Shown piece after piece: positions 8,550-17,149 of a DNA stretch of 22,339 nucleotides. The DNA is taken from the NCBI GenBank assembly GCA_031431875.1, contig JANPEF010000060.1, forward strand, positions 1 through 22,339. The letters are read 5' to 3'. This stretch comes from Candidatus Eiseniibacteriota bacterium. GTDB lineage: Bacteria; Eisenbacteria; RBG-16-71-46; DASYSL01. The translations under genes and the position numbers were made by a program. The notes under the pieces are model-generated. The model was not told the DNA's origin. It worked only from the letters and a program-made list of their open reading frames with translations, and made no database searches. How positions within the stretch are numbered: the first letter of the stretch is position 1; each line of letters begins with the position of its first letter.

Positions 8550-11500
8550 GTGCGTCTCGTGATCCTACTCTTCGCCCTGCTGGTCGCGATCGGGACGAGC
8601 ATCGGCACGCCCTCCGGAGCAGGTGCCGGGCCGCTCTTTCAGGACGCCGGCCTGCCGCCCGACTCGCTCCCGCCTGCGATTCGACGCGTGCGAAGGATGG
8701 ACAGCTTCCAGAACATCCTCGAGTACGACCGGGCGGCGACGGCGCTGCATGACTCGATCCGTGCCCGCGGAGACACGCTCAGCTTCGCCTACGCGTGCGC
8801 GCTGGATGCACTGGTCGAAGCGAGCAACGTAATGGCGCGACACCTCGCGCCCGGGGCCCTGCACCTGGCGTATCGGGCGGTGGAACTCAAGCGCGCAACC
8901 ATCAGTCCACGGCATCCGGAAGTCGCTCGCAGCCTGATGGGGCTCTCGCAGGTCGAGGGATGGGGCTTTGACCGTTACGAGCGGGCCGACTCGATCCTGC
9001 GCGAGGCGGAGGCGATCAATCGCGCCTGGTACGGACCGGATCATCGATCCGTCGGGCAGGTGTTGCGTCGTCGCGCCGATCTCCGATTCGCGGTCGACGA
9101 TCAGCTGGGAAGTCGACGATTGGCGGAGGAAGCGCTGTCCATCTTCGAGGGTGAAGCGCACCCCGACACGAGCCTGATCCTGGCCGTGATGGTGCCGCTT
9201 GGCAACATCTGTGCCGCACGGGGTCGAAACGAGAGCGACATTGCGATCAAGGAGCGGGGGCTCGCCATGCAGTCCGCGTTCCGACCGACAAACCGTCGCG
9301 GGCACATGATCCTTCGACAGTATCTGGGTACTGCATTGCTCGACGCCGGTCGTCCTGCGGAGGCGCGCCCGCACCTCGTCGAGGCGGTCGCCTACTTCGA
9401 CTCGCTGTGGGGCTCGAGTCATCTGAACACCCGGATGGGACGTGGTGTTCTCGGCACCGCCCAATTCTTGCTGGGGGACGATCGTGCGGCTCGAGAGTCG
9501 TTCGTGGCGGCGACGACCGTCGCCGGGGTCGAGGACCCTGATCACACCGTGTTCTGGACGCCGCTCATGTGGTTGGGAGTCCTCGATCTGGTCTCCGGGG
9601 ATGCCATGCGCGCTCGCTCGTCGCTGGAACGGGCAGCTCACATCTGCCGCATCCATTATGGCCCGGATCACTCGAACCTGGCGATGACGCTCGAGACCCT
9701 GGTCTATTGCCTGCAGGCACTCGGAGAGACTGACTCCGCCCGCGTCCTGCTTCGCGAGGCGCAGGCGATCCGGCAGGCATCGCGGCTGCGGAATAACTGG
9801 CAGGGCTTCGATCCAGGAACAGCGCTGGCCGAAGGAATCCTTCAGCTCGATCGTGGAGACACGACGCAGGCCGTCCGCACGTTCGAGCGCCTCCTTTCGC
9901 AGGATGTATCGAGCTCGGTTCAGTCCCGGCGTTCGGCAGGAAGTGCGCGGCTCGCCATCGCGAGGATCTTGGCGGCGCGCGGCGCGGGGTCGGATGCGAT
10001 GCTTCAAGCCCTCGACTTCGAGCGGTCCGCGCGGGCGGATGTCCAGGCCGCGGCTGGCGTCCTTCCCGAGCGACAGGCCCTGCAACTCGCCGCCGTTCGT
10101 GAGCGCGGGATCGATCTCGCTCTCGAGATCCAGTCGACGCAGGAGGCGACATCGGACGAGGTTCGCAACCGGTGCTTCGACGAGCTGATTCGATCCCGGG
10201 CGCTGGTGCTCGATGTCATGGCCGATCGTCGCGGGCGACTGTTCCGCGGAATTGCCGGGCCTCGAGGGATGGTTCCCGCCACGTGGGTGGCGGAGGGGAG
10301 CCAACCCGTCGTCAGAGCTCACAGGAGCGTCGGGGATGGCGAAGCGTCGGTCGAAGTTGCACGGATCCTGAGTCTCCATGAGGCGATCGAGATCGCCGAG
10401 GCGAGGGCGCTCGACGGAGTTCAACTTCTCGGGGAGACTCGGAGCGAGTCGCTCGAGGTCGGACTCGACGCCGTGCGCAAGGCGCTTCCTGCAGGGAGCG
10501 CGCTGGTGTCGTTCTGGCGCCGGGAGATCCCGGGGCCCCGGCTGTCGCATTGGTCCCGCCCCGCAGTCCCGATCGGGGGGCGATACGATGCGCTCGTCCT
10601 GTCGCCTGGGTCAGCCGCCCCCGTCATCGTCCCGCTTGGCGTGGCCGAAGACGTCGATCGCCGGGTACTGGCGTGGATTGAGGGCTGCGCCTCGGGCACA
10701 GGCGCCCCGAGTGATGCGCGCTGTGCCGAGGCGGGGGTCGCCCTGCGAGAGACTCTGCTCGATCCCTTGCGACCGCTGCTGGCAGAGGCAGGCCTGGTCT
10801 TCGTCGTCCCGGACGGGGCAATCAGCCGGGTTCACCTCGCAGCGCTCCCACAGCCGAACGGCGACTTCATGATCGAGGCTGGACCCGTGTTCCAGACCCT
10901 GGCCTGCGAGCGGGATCTCGTCGGCGAGCGTGGGCACGAGTCCAATGATCGCCGGCCGCTCCTGGCGATCGGTGGAGTTGACTACGCCGCGGAGCCCGAT
11001 GAGTCGGGAAACATCGATGCATTCGCGTTCGCGCTATCCGAGGAAGACTCGAGGGTCGGGGACGAGCCGGTCTATCGCGGCGGGGCTGCGTGGTGTGGGG
11101 ACGACGCGGCGAGACTCTATGCCCCGCTCCCGGGCACCCGGGCCGAGGTGCTTGACCTCGAGATCATGCAGCACGTGCAACCCGGCATGAGACGCATCCT
11201 GGGTGTTACCGGCAAGCACGCGACCGAGACGCGCCTGAAGTCTCTCGCCTCCCGCGCGGGGGCTCTGCATCTTGCGACCCATGGATTCTACTTCGACCCC
11301 GCGTGCACCGGAGCCAGCGGCGCCAGTGCACGCCTACATGGATGGGCCGCGGCCGCAGAGCTTCCCCTCATCGACAACCCCCTCACCCGCTGCGGCCTCG
11401 CCCTGGCCGGCGCAAACCGTCGCGCCGAGGCCGGCCCCGACGAGGACGACGGCCTCCTCACCGGCGACGAGATCGCCGCCCTGGACCTGAGCGGCGTCGA

Positions 11501-11810
11501 GTTCGTCGTGCTCTCGGCGTGCAACACGGGTCTCGGCGACGTGCTCGACGGCGAAGGTGTGCTCGGCCTGCAGCGCGCGTTCAAGATCGCCGGCGCTGGG
11601 CCTGTGGTCATGAGCCTGTGGCCGGTCGAGGATCGGATCGCGCGCCAGTGGATGCGGCACTTCTACGAGGCACGGCTGACAGAGGGCGTGACGACGGCGG
11701 AGGCGACGCGGCGCGCATCGCTGGCGATGCTGGCGGAGCGGCGGCGACTGGGGTTGTCGACGCGGCCTTCGAGCTGGGCGCCGTTCGTCTCGGTGGGGGT
11801 GGAGCGGTGA
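8550..11810 (+). CDS. Secreted TPR-CHAT protease, CHAT2 (start uncertain; ORF is open from 8385)
   Basis: Signal peptide VRLVILLFALLVAIGTSIGTPSGAGA; TPR_12-like repeats (HPEVARSL, YGPDHRSVG, YGPDHSNLA); CHAT motifs FVVPDG, LHLATHGF (His 11280-11282), VVLSACNTG (Cys 11520-11522), SLWPVED, WAPF. Confidence 0.92.
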   Translation: MRLVILLFALLVAIGTSIGTPSGAGAGPLFQDAGLPPDSLPPAIRRVRRMDSFQNILEYDRAATALHDSIRARGDTLSFAYACALDALVEASNVMARHLAPGALHLAYRAVELKRATISPRHPEVARSLMGLSQVEGWGFDRYERADSILREAEAINRAWYGPDHRSVGQVLRRRADLRFAVDDQLGSRRLAEEALSIFEGEAHPDTSLILAVMVPLGNICAARGRNESDIAIKERGLAMQSAFRPTNRRGHMILRQYLGTALLDAGRPAEARPHLVEAVAYFDSLWGSSHLNTRMGRGVLGTAQFLLGDDRAARESFVAATTVAGVEDPDHTVFWTPLMWLGVLDLVSGDAMRARSSLERAAHICRIHYGPDHSNLAMTLETLVYCLQALGETDSARVLLREAQAIRQASRLRNNWQGFDPGTALAEGILQLDRGDTTQAVRTFERLLSQDVSSSVQSRRSAGSARLAIARILAARGAGSDAMLQALDFERSARADVQAAAGVLPERQALQLAAVRERGIDLALEIQSTQEATSDEVRNRCFDELIRSRALVLDVMADRRGRLFRGIAGPRGMVPATWVAEGSQPVVRAHRSVGDGEASVEVARILSLHEAIEIAEARALDGVQLLGETRSESLEVGLDAVRKALPAGSALVSFWRREIPGPRLSHWSRPAVPIGGRYDALVLSPGSAAPVIVPLGVAEDVDRRVLAWIEGCASGTGAPSDARCAEAGVALRETLLDPLRPLLAEAGLVFVVPDGAISRVHLAALPQPNGDFMIEAGPVFQTLACERDLVGERGHESNDRRPLLAIGGVDYAAEPDESGNIDAFAFALSEEDSRVGDEPVYRGGAAWCGDDAARLYAPLPGTRAEVLDLEIMQHVQPGMRRILGVTGKHATETRLKSLASRAGALHLATHGFYFDPACTGASGASARLHGWAAAAELPLIDNPLTRCGLALAGANRRAEAGPDEDDGLLTGDEIAALDLSGVEFVVLSACNTGLGDVLDGEGVLGLQRAFKIAGAGPVVMSLWPVEDRIARQWMRHFYEARLTEGVTTAEATRRASLAMLAERRRLGLSTRPSSWAPFVSVGVER
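11373..11810 (+). repeat. Direct repeat copy 1 (438 bp, 3' end of CHAT2)
   Basis: Colinear with 14621-15058; encoded peptides differ at 6 of 145 aa. Confidence 0.9.
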
Positions 11811-14800
11811 GATGCCGAACGGCGGGCGTGGTTCGGCTTGCCTCCATCGTCGCTCTCTTCGCCACGATGATGAGCCAGCCCGCGGGCGCTGCACGTCGTC
11901 ATCCCGGGGGTGGGCTGCCGCTCGACCAGCTTCCGCCACAGGTGCGCGCCCTCCGGCAGGAGCCTCCCGGTTCGACGGCGGCCGAGTGGCAGCGCTGGAA
12001 CGTGGCGTTCCACGACTCCCTGGTCGCGGCGGGGGACACCGCGTCGGTTCTCTACGCGTATGCCGTCGAGGGACTCGTCGAGGGGCTCCTGTCCGTGCAG
12101 GAGGTCTCGACCCCGGAAGCCCGGGAACTCGCCTGGCGGGCGCTCGCGCTCAAGCGAAACCACCTTGGGCCCGATCACGTGGAGATCGTGCGCACGCTCA
12201 TGAACGTGGCCCTGGTCGAGTCCTACGGCTTCGAAGCGGACCGCGTCGCCGATTCGCTGCTGGCCATCGCGATCGGGATCCAGCGGCGTGTCGTCGGCGC
12301 CAAACCCGGCCCGCTCATGAGCGTCTTTGCGCAGCGGGCAGGCATGCTCATGGGCATCAACGATGCCTCCGCGCTGGCCCATCTCGACACCGTGATCGCG
12401 CTGGCGAGCGCCGCGAGTCCGCCCGAGTCCTCCCGGATTCTGGGCGCTGTCACGCTCCGAGGCGAAATCCGCGCCAACCAAGGCTACGTTGAAGAAGCCG
12501 TCGATGCCCAGCGTCGGCTCCTCGCCCACGCGATGCGGGTGCGGCCCGACGACGAGCGCGGGATCGCGATTGTCCAGCACAACCTGGGGTCCGCGCTGAT
12601 GTTCGCGGGACATCCGGGGGAGGCTCTTGTCGAGATGTCGAGGGGACGTGACTACATGATTCGGCACCTCGGAGCGACCCACTACGAAGTCCGGACCTCG
12701 GAGACATGGGTCGCGACCACCTACTACCTGCTCGGGGATTTCGTCTCGGCGAGGCGTCACTTCGAGGCGGCGTTGCAGCGGGCACCCGGAGAGAGTCTCG
12801 CGCGAGGCGACCTTCTCGAACCGACCGTGGGTCTTGGAGTCCTCGAGCTCGATGAGGGACATCCAGTCCGGGCACGCGAGCTCATCGAGGAGGGCGTGCA
12901 CGGCCTCGTTGCGCGTTCCGATCGTTCGCAGGCGTACACGGCCATCGCGCTGGAGTCGCTGGCGGCCTGCCTCGTGACATTGAATCGCCCGGACTCGGCG
13001 CTCGTCGTCCTCGAGTCGGCGAAGGAGATCGGTCGCCGCGAGTCCCCCGGGTGTGCCAACTGCACGTCGCCGGCACTCCGCATGGTGGAAGCGACCACTC
13101 TCCTCGCGCTTCGGGACACGACGCGTGCGATCGCGGTTCTCGAGTCAACGGTCGTCGAGGTCGAAGCCCATCCGGGTCGCAGGGTGCACTTCGCGTGGCA
13201 GGCGCGGATGGAACTGGCCCGGCTTGCCGCGGCGCGCGGGGAGCGAGACCGGGCTTTCGATCTCGCTCTGGCCGTCGAAAGCGAAGGAAGGACCGAGGTC
13301 ATCGCGGCGATCGACGAGCTTCCGGATCGATGGGCCCTTCGGCTGGCCGCGCTGCGCACGAGTGGCCTCGGACTTCTCGGGGATCTCTGTGGCTCCTGGC
13401 CGGAAGCTGCCGGCCCCCGTGAGCGCGCGGTGTTCGATGAGGCCGTCCGTTCGCGGGCGCTGCTCCTCGACCTCATGGCCGGCCGGCGCAGCCTGGCGCA
13501 ACAGCGCTCGCAAACCAACATCGCTCCGCTCTGGCACCGATGGGACACGGCGCGACGCCGGCTCCGGGAGTTCGAGGAAGAGCCGGGTTCCACCGCGGCG
13601 GACACCGCAACGGAGCGCACACGCCAGTCGCTCCTGCGCGAGCTCGACGTCGCCGAGGCGGATCTTGCGGCGCGTGCGAATGCGGAGCGAGCGATCGCGA
13701 GTCGTGGGGATACGATCGGCATCGACGCCGTGGCGCGAAGTCTCCGGCCCGGGGATGCACTCATTTCGTATCTGCGCCTTCGCCGTGGCGAGAAGCCACT
13801 GTGGGATGATCCCGGACGGGCTGGGGTTGCGGCGGATTCGTACATCGCGTTCGTGCTGCCGCAGGGGGCTTCCTACCCGCAGGTGTTCCGACTCGGCGAC
13901 GCCGCGGCGATCGACCGCGCGGTCCACGTGTGGCTTGCGGCGTCGGACCCGTCGGCGTTCGCCTCGCAGGACAGTGCGAGCGACGACGCCGGTCATCGGC
14001 TCCGTTCGCGGATCTGGGATCCGCTCCAGTCGGCGCTCGGTGGAGTGCAACGGGTATTCGTCGTGCCCGACGCAAGCCTTGGTCTCGTCGATCCGTCGGG
14101 GCTGCCCGATGGCCGGGGTGGGTATCTCGTGGAGGGCGACCTCCACATCGCGATGCTTGGCTGCGAGCGGGATCTTGTTGGGGTGCGCGGACCACGAAGC
14201 GACGCGAGGCGACCCATCCTCGCCGTGGGCGGCGTGGACTACCGACAGTTGGGTCGCCCTCCGGCGGAGATGGTGAGCGCAGCGTTCGTCGAGGACGTTG
14301 GGGCAGACAGGACGCTGACCTACCGTGGCCCGCGCTCGACCTGCGACCGACTGGGAGACGTCGAGTTCGAGTTCCTGCCCGCGACGCTGTCTGAGGTCTC
14401 CGATCTGGATCGGAGCGCGGCCCGGGCGTCGCCGCGGGTTGCGATTGCGTCGTTGCGCGGAGCCGACGCCTCGGAGCCGAGGATCAAGGCCTTGGCCCCC
14501 AGGGCAGGCGCGCTGCACCTGGCGACGCACGGATTCTTCACTCCACAGGCCTGCGCCGGTGGAGTCTCCGCGGCGACTCGATCCCGTGGCGTTGCCACCT
14601 CGGACGAGCACGCGCTCGTCGACAACCCCCTCACCCGCTGCGGTCTCGCGCTGGCCGGTGCCAACCGTCGTGCGGATGCCGGGCCTGACGAGGATGACGG
14701 GTTGCTGACCGGCGACGAGATCGCCGCGCTGGACCTGAGTGGCGTCGAGTTCGTCGTGCTCTCGGCGTGCAACACCGGCCTCGGCGACGTGCTCGACGGC

Positions 14801-15058
14801 GAAGGTGTGCTTGGCCTGCAGCGCGCGTTCAAGATCGCCGGTGCAGGGCCGGTCGTGATGAGCCTGTGGCCGGTGGAGGATCGGATCGCGCGGCAGTGGA
14901 TGCGGCACTTCTACGAAGCGCGGCTGTCGCCCGGCGCCACGACGGCCGAGGCGACGCGTCGCGCGTCGCTGGCGATGCTGAAGGAGCGGCGGCGGCTGGG
15001 GCTGTCGACGCGGCCGTCGAGCTGGGCGCCGTTCTTGTCGGTGGGGGTGGAGCGCTAG
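11807..15058 (+). CDS. Secreted TPR-CHAT protease, CHAT3
   Basis: GTG overlaps the CHAT2 stop (GTGA); signal-like VVRLASIVALFATMMSQPAGA; TPR repeats (LGPDHVEIVRTL, HNLGSAL, LGATHYEV); LHLATHGF (His 14528-14530), VVLSACNTG (Cys 14768-14770), WAPF. Confidence 0.92.
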   Translation: MRCRTAGVVRLASIVALFATMMSQPAGAARRHPGGGLPLDQLPPQVRALRQEPPGSTAAEWQRWNVAFHDSLVAAGDTASVLYAYAVEGLVEGLLSVQEVSTPEARELAWRALALKRNHLGPDHVEIVRTLMNVALVESYGFEADRVADSLLAIAIGIQRRVVGAKPGPLMSVFAQRAGMLMGINDASALAHLDTVIALASAASPPESSRILGAVTLRGEIRANQGYVEEAVDAQRRLLAHAMRVRPDDERGIAIVQHNLGSALMFAGHPGEALVEMSRGRDYMIRHLGATHYEVRTSETWVATTYYLLGDFVSARRHFEAALQRAPGESLARGDLLEPTVGLGVLELDEGHPVRARELIEEGVHGLVARSDRSQAYTAIALESLAACLVTLNRPDSALVVLESAKEIGRRESPGCANCTSPALRMVEATTLLALRDTTRAIAVLESTVVEVEAHPGRRVHFAWQARMELARLAAARGERDRAFDLALAVESEGRTEVIAAIDELPDRWALRLAALRTSGLGLLGDLCGSWPEAAGPRERAVFDEAVRSRALLLDLMAGRRSLAQQRSQTNIAPLWHRWDTARRRLREFEEEPGSTAADTATERTRQSLLRELDVAEADLAARANAERAIASRGDTIGIDAVARSLRPGDALISYLRLRRGEKPLWDDPGRAGVAADSYIAFVLPQGASYPQVFRLGDAAAIDRAVHVWLAASDPSAFASQDSASDDAGHRLRSRIWDPLQSALGGVQRVFVVPDASLGLVDPSGLPDGRGGYLVEGDLHIAMLGCERDLVGVRGPRSDARRPILAVGGVDYRQLGRPPAEMVSAAFVEDVGADRTLTYRGPRSTCDRLGDVEFEFLPATLSEVSDLDRSAARASPRVAIASLRGADASEPRIKALAPRAGALHLATHGFFTPQACAGGVSAATRSRGVATSDEHALVDNPLTRCGLALAGANRRADAGPDEDDGLLTGDEIAALDLSGVEFVVLSACNTGLGDVLDGEGVLGLQRAFKIAGAGPVVMSLWPVEDRIARQWMRHFYEARLSPGATTAEATRRASLAMLKERRRLGLSTRPSSWAPFLSVGVER
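14621..15058 (+). repeat. Direct repeat copy 2 (438 bp, 3' end of CHAT3)
   Basis: Both copies begin GACAACCCCCTCACCCGCTGCGG and end GTGGGGGTGGAGCG(N) plus stop. Confidence 0.9.
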
Positions 15059-16155
15059 GGTTTTGCGCCGACCTCGAACGGATACTCGATCGGGATCTCC
15101 TGCTCGGCGCCGTCGGCGGCCGGGCCGACGGGCTTGAGACGAAGCACGTACTTCCCCGGCGGGAGCTTCGCCCCGTCGTGGCGGAGGAGCACGCGGGCCG
15201 TCCCATGAAAGTCCTTCCATGGCGCGCGGACCTTCGACAGGATGCGGCGACTTTCCGCCGACAGCAGCTCGAGCGAGACCAGTTCCTCATCGGCGATCTC
15301 GAATGTCGGTTCGATCCGCACCACGAGGATGTCCGACTCTCGGGCCGGGCGGAGTGGGGACTCGCCGTCCTCACCCCCCCGGGTGGCCGAGAGGAGCATG
15401 GGCTCGTCCTTCGACAGCAAGCGCACTTGCCAGGTCTCGGGCCGGTTCGCAGCGGGGACGGCTGGGGCAGGAGCGGGGCTCGATGTCGGAGTGCCCGGAG
15501 ACGGTTCGATCGTCGGCTGCGTCCCGGGTGCCGGCGTCGCACCGGGAGCAGGTCGCTGCTCCGGCCCTTGCGACACCGGCGCAGGCGCTGGTCGTTCACT
15601 CAGCGGGCCGCGGAGCGCGAAGACGATCGCCGCCGCTGTCGCGAGCGCCGAGTAGCCGCCGAGCAGGAGCTGGGAGCGGGATTTGCGCGGGGCTGCCGTC
15701 GTGGCGACCGGCGGACTCACCGGAGGCGCAGGGACAGGCTCCCGCGTCGCGATCCGGAGCAACCTCCCCTCGAGGGCCGGCTCCGGAGCATCAACGTCGT
15801 CCGCCTCCTCGCTCAGCTCCTCCGCCAGGCGCCGAATCCGTGCAAGCCGCTCAATGTCCTCGCCGCAACTCCCGCAGCGCGCGAGGTGTCGCTCGACCGC
15901 CCGGGCGGTCGTGGGTGGCAGCGCATCACGCTCGCGCGGCCAGCGCGCGAGGATGTGGGCGGGGATGTGACCGAGGGACTGCTCCGCTGTCACCGAGTTC
16001 ACCTCCGCATGCAGCTCATCCAGTTGGGAGCGGCAATGGGCGCAGGTCGCCGCATGCCGGTCGACCTGAGCCGCCTCCTCGTCCTCGACGAAGCCGAGGG
16101 AGTGCAGCATCAGGAGGGTCTCGTCCGGGCAGGCGCCGAATCCGGGCCGGTTCAT
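15055..16155 (-). CDS. Membrane anti-sigma factor with two tandem zf-HC2 (ZAS) motifs, one TM helix, a Pro-rich linker and an extracytoplasmic Ig-like domain
   Basis: ATG 16155 after GAAGGGG; C-x24-HAATCAHC and H-x26-HLARCGSC; TM LLLGGYSALATAAAIVFAL; PAPAP linker; LLSATRGG; beta-rich C-terminus (LPPGKYVLRL). Lies directly downstream of an ECF sigma. Confidence 0.85.
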   Translation of the reverse strand: MNRPGFGACPDETLLMLHSLGFVEDEEAAQVDRHAATCAHCRSQLDELHAEVNSVTAEQSLGHIPAHILARWPRERDALPPTTARAVERHLARCGSCGEDIERLARIRRLAEELSEEADDVDAPEPALEGRLLRIATREPVPAPPVSPPVATTAAPRKSRSQLLLGGYSALATAAAIVFALRGPLSERPAPAPVSQGPEQRPAPGATPAPGTQPTIEPSPGTPTSSPAPAPAVPAANRPETWQVRLLSKDEPMLLSATRGGEDGESPLRPARESDILVVRIEPTFEIADEELVSLELLSAESRRILSKVRAPWKDFHGTARVLLRHDGAKLPPGKYVLRLKPVGPAADGAEQEIPIEYPFEVGAKP

Positions 16156-16168
16156 GGCCTGATCCCCT

Positions 16169-16729
16169 TCATGCACCCTCCCGGCCCGACAGCCATTCGT
16201 CCATCAGGACGTCGATCCCCAGTGCGTCTTTGTGACTCCGAATCGCCTTGCAGCAGCGCGAAAATCGCTGCCGGACGGCCTGCGAGGTCGAACCGAGAGC
16301 AGCGGCGATCTCCTCGTACGTCCGGCCGGCCAGGCGCAGCTCGAAGATGGGCAAGTCATCGGAGCGCTCTTCGCGAATCCACTCGAAGATGCAGAGCACC
16401 ATCACCTCGAACTTCTCCGCTGGGATCCCCGCCGGAGGAGTCGGCAGATCGATGGGCTGCCCGTCCGGGCCGCCGCTGTCGAGGGACGTGTGCGACTTCT
16501 TCTGCAGCCGCCGGTACTCGTTGGCGGCCGCCCAGCGGGCAATCCGGTAGACGAGCGCCATCGGATTCGGCGCCTCCCGGTGCCGACGATAGCGCAGGTA
16601 GCGCAGGATCGCCTCCTGCGCAACGTCATCGGCGGTCTCGGGCTGGAACCGCGGATACAGTCGACGCACATACCGCACGATCCGGCCCCAGGCCATCGCG
16701 CAGAACAGGTCGTCGGGATCCAGCGGCAT
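16169..16729 (-). CDS. ECF (sigma-70 family) RNA polymerase sigma factor
   Basis: ATG 16729 after GGAGGAG; region 2 ADDVAQEAILRY...LVYRIARWAAANEYRR; region 4 FELRLAGRTYEEIAAALGSTSQAVRQRFSRC. Confidence 0.9.
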   Translation of the reverse strand: MPLDPDDLFCAMAWGRIVRYVRRLYPRFQPETADDVAQEAILRYLRYRRHREAPNPMALVYRIARWAAANEYRRLQKKSHTSLDSGGPDGQPIDLPTPPAGIPAEKFEVMVLCIFEWIREERSDDLPIFELRLAGRTYEEIAAALGSTSQAVRQRFSRCCKAIRSHKDALGIDVLMDEWLSGREGA

Positions 16730-16828
16730 CGGCGTCTCCTCCCGCGCCGGCGACGGGAATCGCCGGAAGGGGGCCAGGTGAAGGCGCAACGTGGAAGCGG
16801 GGGGATGGCGAATCGGGGTGCGAGAAGG

Positions 16829-16891
16829 ACGGTACCGCCGCGGCGAGCAGTCGCGCAAGCTTCGATGGTTTCTTTTTCCATCATTGTTTTT
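16829..16891 (-). promoter_or_regulatory. Sigma70-type promoter TTGCGC-N18-TACCGT with an upstream A-tract (UP-like) element
   Basis: -35 at 16853-16858, -10 at 16829-16834; AAAAACAATGATGGAAAAAGAAACC lies just upstream and stands out in this GC-rich DNA. Confidence 0.45.
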
Positions 16892-17149
16892 CCGGTCACG
16901 CCGGTCAGGTTGGGGAGACATACGGACGGAGCTTCCATCACCGGCCTCGAGCGAGGGCCCGGGAGACGGGGCCCCGGAGTCGAACGGTCCTCGATTCAAG
17001 CCCGGTCCTGTCGGGGGGCAGGTCACCGGGTCGAGAGGACTGTTCGGCTGCGGGGCCTCGTTCGAATTCGGTCCCGAGGACGACGAACCGCCCCGGGCCA
17101 GGTTCTCCAGGGGCGGTCGGACCTCCTCGGCGGAAGAAGCTTTCCGGGC

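Noticed and set aside
10220..10340. Possible compensated frameshift in the atypical CHAT2 linker
   Set aside because: The alternative frames inspected do not restore similarity to the CHAT3 coiled-coil; simple divergence is sufficient.
11303..11806. N-terminal extension of CHAT3 in the ORF track
   Set aside because: It is an off-frame reading of the CHAT2 catalytic region; the GTGA-coupled start at 11807 gives a signal peptide.
11373..15058. The CHAT repeat pair as a diversity-generating retroelement TR/VR
   Set aside because: No reverse transcriptase is in the window, both copies are coding, and the differences I inspected are mostly synonymous rather than adenine-specific.
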